From Candidatus Latescibacterota bacterium (GTDB taxonomy: Bacteria; Latescibacterota; UBA2968): a stretch of 64,000 nucleotides of DNA. Below the pieces are notes generated by a model, which made no database searches, had not been told where the DNA came from, and worked only from the letters and a program-made list of their open reading frames with translations. Each line of letters opens with the position of its first letter. Positions within the stretch are counted from its first letter, which is position 1. The DNA is taken from assembly GCA_965205975.1 (NCBI GenBank), contig OZ242195.1:4512001-4576000 (forward strand). Direction: 5' to 3'. This document shows positions 59,211 through 64,000 of the stretch, piece after piece. Position numbers and translations under genes: made by a program.

Positions 59211-60896
59211 CTAAAAATAATAAATCAGATAAATTGCGAGAAAAATAATTGCGAGAAGCACATTGCTTTGCGATAACCACGATCGACCAAATAATCCCCT
59301 GTTATTGTGTTGCGTCCGAATACCGGCAATGAGTTTTCGAATCAACGCCTTTCCTCCATTGAAAAAGGCATCGACAAGTGGGCCGCCCATTCGGACAATG
59401 GCGCGAATACCTTTGGGTAAAGCACGTCGATAAATCCAATCGGCATCGAGGTTGACACTGGGCTGTTCGGACGGGTAATTGCCCGTTAGCATAAGGGCCG
59501 CAAATGCCAGCACGCCGAAGAATACCAGTTGCAGTTGGAGCACGACATGGGTTGTCGTGTAAGATATATAATCTACAGGATATGGCAACAGATTGTAAAG
59601 AAGTGGCGGATAGGATCCGATGGCGACACAGAGTATGGCTGAGATTGTCATGGCGATCCGCATATTGAGCGGTGCTTCGGGGCAGCGAATTTTTGAATCG
59701 TGCGCGAAAAATGTGAAAAATGGAATTTTGACACCTGCGTGGTGAAGCACGCCCGCCGATGCAGCTAACAGCACCAGCCAGATTCCCACAGCGCCCATGT
59801 TGGCGACGCCTTGCATAACCATGGGCTTGCTGATAAATGCATTGAATAGCGGAAGCGCGGAAATAGATGCGGCACCTATCAGACAGCACGCACAGGTCCA
59901 GGGCATGGATTTGTAAAGGCCGCCCAGATCTGTGGCATTCATTCGCCCGGTGCGATACAAGACAGCACCCATGGACATGAATAGCAGCCCTTTGAAGATC
60001 ACGTCATTGAAGGCATGCGATACTGCGCCGTTAATACCCAGGGCACCCCCCACACCAATGCCCACGACCATAAATCCGATCTGGTTGATCATGCTGTAGC
60101 TCAATACGCGGCGCAGATCATTTTCGATAACTGCAAAGAAAACCGGAAATATGGTCATGATTGCGCCGATGTAGATGAGTAGTTCTTCTCCAGCAAATCC
60201 GCGTGCGAGGGCATATACAGCGGTTTTGGTGGTAAATGCGCTCAGAAATACCGTGCCCACAGGTGTGGATTCTGGATAGGCGTCGATCAGCCAGTTGTGG
60301 AGCAGGGGAAAGGCGCATTTGATTCCAAAGGATAGGAATATCAAATAGTGATGTCCCTCATTTAGGCCGATGTGTTCGAATGCAAGGGATTTTGTGTTCA
60401 AAAAGTAGAATACCGCGCCCAGTAGCAGCAGCAAGCCCGACGAGATGTGCATGACCAGATAGCGCATGCCAGAGCGCAGTGCGCGCTCACCGCCGCGCGC
60501 CCATATCAGGAATACCGATGTGATCGCCAGCAATTCCCAGAAGATGAACAGGGTGATCAGATCGCCGGCAAATACTGCGCCAACCGCCGATCCCGCGTAG
60601 ATCAATCCCGTGCCGATTTGCAGTCGATCCTTGAGATGCAGGGCGTAGATTGCGCCGAGAAAAGCCGCGAGATGGAATAGATATCCAAATAGCATGCCAA
60701 ATCGGTCTGCGCGCAGTACGGTCAGTTCGTATCCGCCCCATGTGATGTGCCACAGGGTTCCATCGGCAATGGTCAGCAGGTTTAAAAATCCGAGCACGGG
60801 CAAGCACACCGACACAATGCGGCGCGGTGTGCTTGGCAGACAAAATAAAAATAGGCCGCCCGCCAGCAGGATCAATGCGGGATGAAGCTCACTCAT
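59211..60896 (-). CDS. Mrp-type Na+/H+ antiporter D-like (proton-conducting) subunit
   Basis: 561 aa; FIFWE, LHNWL.DAYP, SAFTTK, RRVLSYS and FKGLLFM. Confidence 0.85.
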   Translation of the reverse strand: MSELHPALILLAGGLFLFCLPSTPRRIVSVCLPVLGFLNLLTIADGTLWHITWGGYELTVLRADRFGMLFGYLFHLAAFLGAIYALHLKDRLQIGTGLIYAGSAVGAVFAGDLITLFIFWELLAITSVFLIWARGGERALRSGMRYLVMHISSGLLLLLGAVFYFLNTKSLAFEHIGLNEGHHYLIFLSFGIKCAFPLLHNWLIDAYPESTPVGTVFLSAFTTKTAVYALARGFAGEELLIYIGAIMTIFPVFFAVIENDLRRVLSYSMINQIGFMVVGIGVGGALGINGAVSHAFNDVIFKGLLFMSMGAVLYRTGRMNATDLGGLYKSMPWTCACCLIGAASISALPLFNAFISKPMVMQGVANMGAVGIWLVLLAASAGVLHHAGVKIPFFTFFAHDSKIRCPEAPLNMRIAMTISAILCVAIGSYPPLLYNLLPYPVDYISYTTTHVVLQLQLVFFGVLAFAALMLTGNYPSEQPSVNLDADWIYRRALPKGIRAIVRMGGPLVDAFFNGGKALIRKLIAGIRTQHNNRGLFGRSWLSQSNVLLAIIFLAIYLIYYF

Positions 60897-61173
60897 CGTA
60901 ATAGTCCTCTGATCGCATGATCATTTTTCGCAAGGGTATAGCCCCCAGAACGATCAATGTGCAAGCCACAAATCCATAAATGGCATAAAATCCAAACCAG
61001 CCTTCAACTGGCAACGCGCCTTCGGCAAACGTCAGGTGCCGATGTACGATCAGGTCGGTCAGGATCAACAACGCACAACAGACAAAAAAGCTCAGAATCA
61101 AGCGACGCACATTACCGGGATTGTCAAAAATATGTGGGCGTTTATTCTCTTCAGGAGATTCGGAATTGTTCAT
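60889..61173 (-). CDS. Small two-TM membrane protein of Mrp clusters
   Basis: 94 aa; FD.P.NVRR, GFYA.YGF..C and R.EDYY; overlaps both neighbours. Confidence 0.75.
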   Translation of the reverse strand: MNNSESPEENKRPHIFDNPGNVRRLILSFFVCCALLILTDLIVHRHLTFAEGALPVEGWFGFYAIYGFVACTLIVLGAIPLRKMIMRSEDYYDE

Positions 61174-62639
61174 GGTCTGGCCCCTCCGATCATAAGCAAC
61201 AGATTTAGAACAGGGTCGGGATAGATATAGAGCAGCAGGCAGCCCGTGGCCGTAAATAATAAGGGGAGCACACAGGCAAGCGGTGCTTCGTGCAGGCCGT
61301 CTGCGTGATGGTCATTTGTTGCGGGTGCAAAGAATGCATAAATGGGAATGGGCAATAAATAGAGTACATTGAGTAGCGAACTGATGAGCAATACGCCTGC
61401 AGCCACATATTGATGGGCTTCAATTGTAGCCATAATTAGATACCACTTGCTCCACGCGCCCGCAAAAGGCGGAATTCCGATAATGCTCAGAGAGCCGATC
61501 AAAAAGGCGAACATGGTAAATGGCATCTGCCGTCCAATGCCTTTCATGTCGCTGATTTCTGTTTTGTGCAGGGCCACCAGGATGGCTCCGGCACAGAAGA
61601 ACAGGGTGATCTTGCCAAAGGCATGGGTTGCGATGTGCATGCTACCGCCCAGCACACCCAAATCATTTGCAAGCGACGCCCCCAGTATGATATAGGATAA
61701 CTGGCTGATTGTGGAATACGCCAGTCGCGCTTTCAAATTGTCTTTTGTCATCGCTACCAACGATCCCACCAGAATGGTGAAGCCAGCGATGTAGGTCAGC
61801 CATTCGCTAAGACCCGCATCGGAAAGCAATTCTGTGCCAAAGAGGTAGATCACCACTTTCATGACGGTAAATACGCCGGCTTTTACCACGGCTACGGCAT
61901 GTAGCAATGCGCTGACGGGCGTGGGCGCGACCATAGCTGCGGGCAACCATCGGTGGAAGGGCATTAACGCGGCTTTCCCGGTTCCAAAAGCATAGAGACC
62001 CAGCAGGACGATTACAATTCCTTCGCTCGCTTTGCCGGTTAAAATACCGCCCGGCGCAAATTCCAGTGTGCCGGTCAATTGCCATGTCCACACCATGCCC
62101 AGCAATAGAAAACCCACCGATGTGCTCATCAAGATGCCCATGTAAATTCGCCCGGCGCGCATGGCTTCTTCGCTTCGGTGGTGCGTTACAAGCGGATAGG
62201 TCGATAGGGTCAATAGCTCGTAAAATATGAAGAGGGTGAACATGTTGCGGGCAAAAGCCACGCCCAGCGCAGCCGAGATGGCAAATGCGAAGAAGACAAA
62301 AAACCGCGTCTGATTTTCTTCGTGATGCCCGCGCATGTACCCGATGGCATAGACTGTGGTGACAATCCACAAGCCCGACGCGATCAGGGCAAATATCATG
62401 CCCAATGGCTCTACTTTAAATGCCAGTGATAGGCCCGGCATTACGTCTATGACATGCGCGGCGGGTTGTGCGCCATCCATTACCGATGGCAGGAGTGAAA
62501 TGACTGTGCCAAAGGTCAATACCGCCGCAATCAACGTGATTGTTTCACGCATATTGGGGCTGCGCGAGGTCAGTGCAATAAAGGGCATGCCCAGAAGCGG
62601 TAACGCGATGGATAGGAGTATGGCGGTTGATCCACTCAC
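61170..62639 (-). CDS. Mrp-type Na+/H+ antiporter D-like subunit
   Basis: FIFYE, KAALMPFHRWLPAAMVAPTPVSALLHAVAVVKAG and KARLAYST. GTG start overlaps the upstream TGA. Confidence 0.88.
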   Translation of the reverse strand: MSGSTAILLSIALPLLGMPFIALTSRSPNMRETITLIAAVLTFGTVISLLPSVMDGAQPAAHVIDVMPGLSLAFKVEPLGMIFALIASGLWIVTTVYAIGYMRGHHEENQTRFFVFFAFAISAALGVAFARNMFTLFIFYELLTLSTYPLVTHHRSEEAMRAGRIYMGILMSTSVGFLLLGMVWTWQLTGTLEFAPGGILTGKASEGIVIVLLGLYAFGTGKAALMPFHRWLPAAMVAPTPVSALLHAVAVVKAGVFTVMKVVIYLFGTELLSDAGLSEWLTYIAGFTILVGSLVAMTKDNLKARLAYSTISQLSYIILGASLANDLGVLGGSMHIATHAFGKITLFFCAGAILVALHKTEISDMKGIGRQMPFTMFAFLIGSLSIIGIPPFAGAWSKWYLIMATIEAHQYVAAGVLLISSLLNVLYLLPIPIYAFFAPATNDHHADGLHEAPLACVLPLLFTATGCLLLYIYPDPVLNLLLMIGGARP

Positions 62640-64000
62640 GGCATTACCCTCAGCAATAATCCGGCGGCGCGTTGTGCTACGTTGACTGTCAAGTCCGTTT
62701 GAATACCAAAATACACTGTTGCTCCCGTCAAAACCCACATGGAGATCTGCATCATTAACGGCGCTTCCTTTACATTGGGACCGTCATCGGCTTTCTGAAA
62801 ATAGGCGACTTCAACGACGCGCCACATATAAACTACGGCGAGTAGAGAACTGAGCAAGGCGAGTAGTGCTATGGGCCACCACCCGGCTTCCAGCGCGGCC
62901 AAAATTAAATACCATTTGCTGATAAAGCCCACGGTTAATGGCACGCCGATTAAGCTCAAACCCGCCAGTACAAAAGCCGCCATTGTCACGGGCATACGTC
63001 GTCCAAGGCCCTTCCAGTCGGCAAGGTCAGATGATCCGAGGCGCAATACCACGCAGCCCACAGCCAAAAATAGTGCGGCTTTCATCAGGGCGTGATTAAA
63101 CAGGTGTACAATCCCGCCGGTCAATCCAGTGAGTGAAACAAAGCCGATGCCCAGCATCATGTATCCGATTTGCGCCACGCTCGAATAAGCCAATAATCGC
63201 TTTATATTGGTCTGGTAAATGGCGGATAGGGATGCCACGTAAATCCCGATGAGGGATAGGGGAATTAAAAAGACATCGAGGTTGAGTTTTTCAAATACAA
63301 ACTCGGCACCCCATACGGTAAATGTGAATCTCAAAAATACGTAGATGGATACTTTTGTCGCTGTTGCAGCTAAAAAAGCCGTGACCACAGAGGGGGCGTA
63401 ACAATAGGCATTGGGCAACCACATGTGCAGCGGGAACATTGCCAGTTTGATTAACATGCCCACGGTTAAGAAGGCGAATGCGACCGTTGCTGTGCGGGTT
63501 TCGAACATGGCGGGCAAGCGCTGGGATAGATCAAACATATTTAGCGTGCCAGTCATCATGTACATCAGTCCGATGCCGATGACAATAAATGTGGCTCCCA
63601 ATGTGCCCATGAGCAGATATTGATAAGATGCCGTCAATGCGCGCCGGTCGCGTCCCATCGCGATGAGGGTATAGGACGATAGCGATGATATTTCCAAAAA
63701 TACAAAAACATTAAACGCATCGCCTGTGATTGTAATGCCCATTAATCCGGTGAGGCAGAGCAAATAAGCTGTATAAAACAAATAATGCTGCTTACCGGAG
63801 ACTTCATCAGCCACGCTCGGCAGTGCAAAAAACGTCAGCACGGCGGCGATGATCGAAACCAGCAGCAGCACATAAGCATTGATCGTATCGACGCGGTATT
63901 CAATGCCCCAGGGCGCAATCCATCCGCCTATTGCATACGAGATCACGCCTTCTTCGAGCACGCGGATGAGCAGCATAGATGCTATGCCCAGACAGGCGAC
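62636..64000 (-). CDS. mrpD: Na+/H+ antiporter subunit D (5' end beyond the window)
   Basis: GGW.APWGIEYRVD, TGDAFNVFVFLEI, PLHMWLPNAY, KRLLAYSS and NHALMKA. The frame is open to the window edge. Confidence 0.88.
   Translation of the reverse strand, partial: VACLGIASMLLIRVLEEGVISYAIGGWIAPWGIEYRVDTINAYVLLLVSIIAAVLTFFALPSVADEVSGKQHYLFYTAYLLCLTGLMGITITGDAFNVFVFLEISSLSSYTLIAMGRDRRALTASYQYLLMGTLGATFIVIGIGLMYMMTGTLNMFDLSQRLPAMFETRTATVAFAFLTVGMLIKLAMFPLHMWLPNAYCYAPSVVTAFLAATATKVSIYVFLRFTFTVWGAEFVFEKLNLDVFLIPLSLIGIYVASLSAIYQTNIKRLLAYSSVAQIGYMMLGIGFVSLTGLTGGIVHLFNHALMKAALFLAVGCVVLRLGSSDLADWKGLGRRMPVTMAAFVLAGLSLIGVPLTVGFISKWYLILAALEAGWWPIALLALLSSLLAVVYMWRVVEVAYFQKADDGPNVKEAPLMMQISMWVLTGATVYFGIQTDLTVNVAQRAAGLLLRVMP

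Overview
This 64 kb bacterial window has a gene content (PorV-like protein, T9SS-type C-terminal domain, GWxTD proteins, DUF6785 proteins, dockerin-like 'DFLxF' tails, long-insert SecA) that suggests an FCB-superphylum organism such as Latescibacterota or Gemmatimonadota; this taxonomy is inference only. (1) 1-23 kb, all on the minus strand: an envelope cluster encoding an OMP beta-barrel, a TonB-dependent receptor, a CTD-bearing secreted protein, a PorV-like barrel, a TMTC-like GT-C/TPR protein, a methyltransferase-GT2 fusion, four TPR-GWxTD proteins and a DUF6785 membrane protein. (2) 23-30 kb: a small catabolic-looking block (SSS symporter, cysteine hydrolase, 800-aa unknown, dockerin-tailed GH-like protein). 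(3) 30-40 kb, accessory: a type II-like R-M pair whose endonuclease appears to start at ACG, a second DUF6785 gene, and a sigma54-preceded FN3/Ig/Vps62-like surface-protein gene split by two complete IS elements. Their TIRs and TSDs are visible and the reading frame is restored when they are removed. (4) 40-64 kb, housekeeping: H1-like protein, groSL with CIRCE, rhodanese, secA, a nusB/rib cluster with a reductase-only RibD, S55 peptidase plus beta-propeller, rlmH, enolase-superfamily protein, udk, a porin and an Mrp-type antiporter cluster. A family of short dispersed octamer-repeat hairpin elements sits at gene 3' ends. I saw no rRNA, tRNA or CRISPR array. All calls are from motif recognition by eye; no database searches were run.
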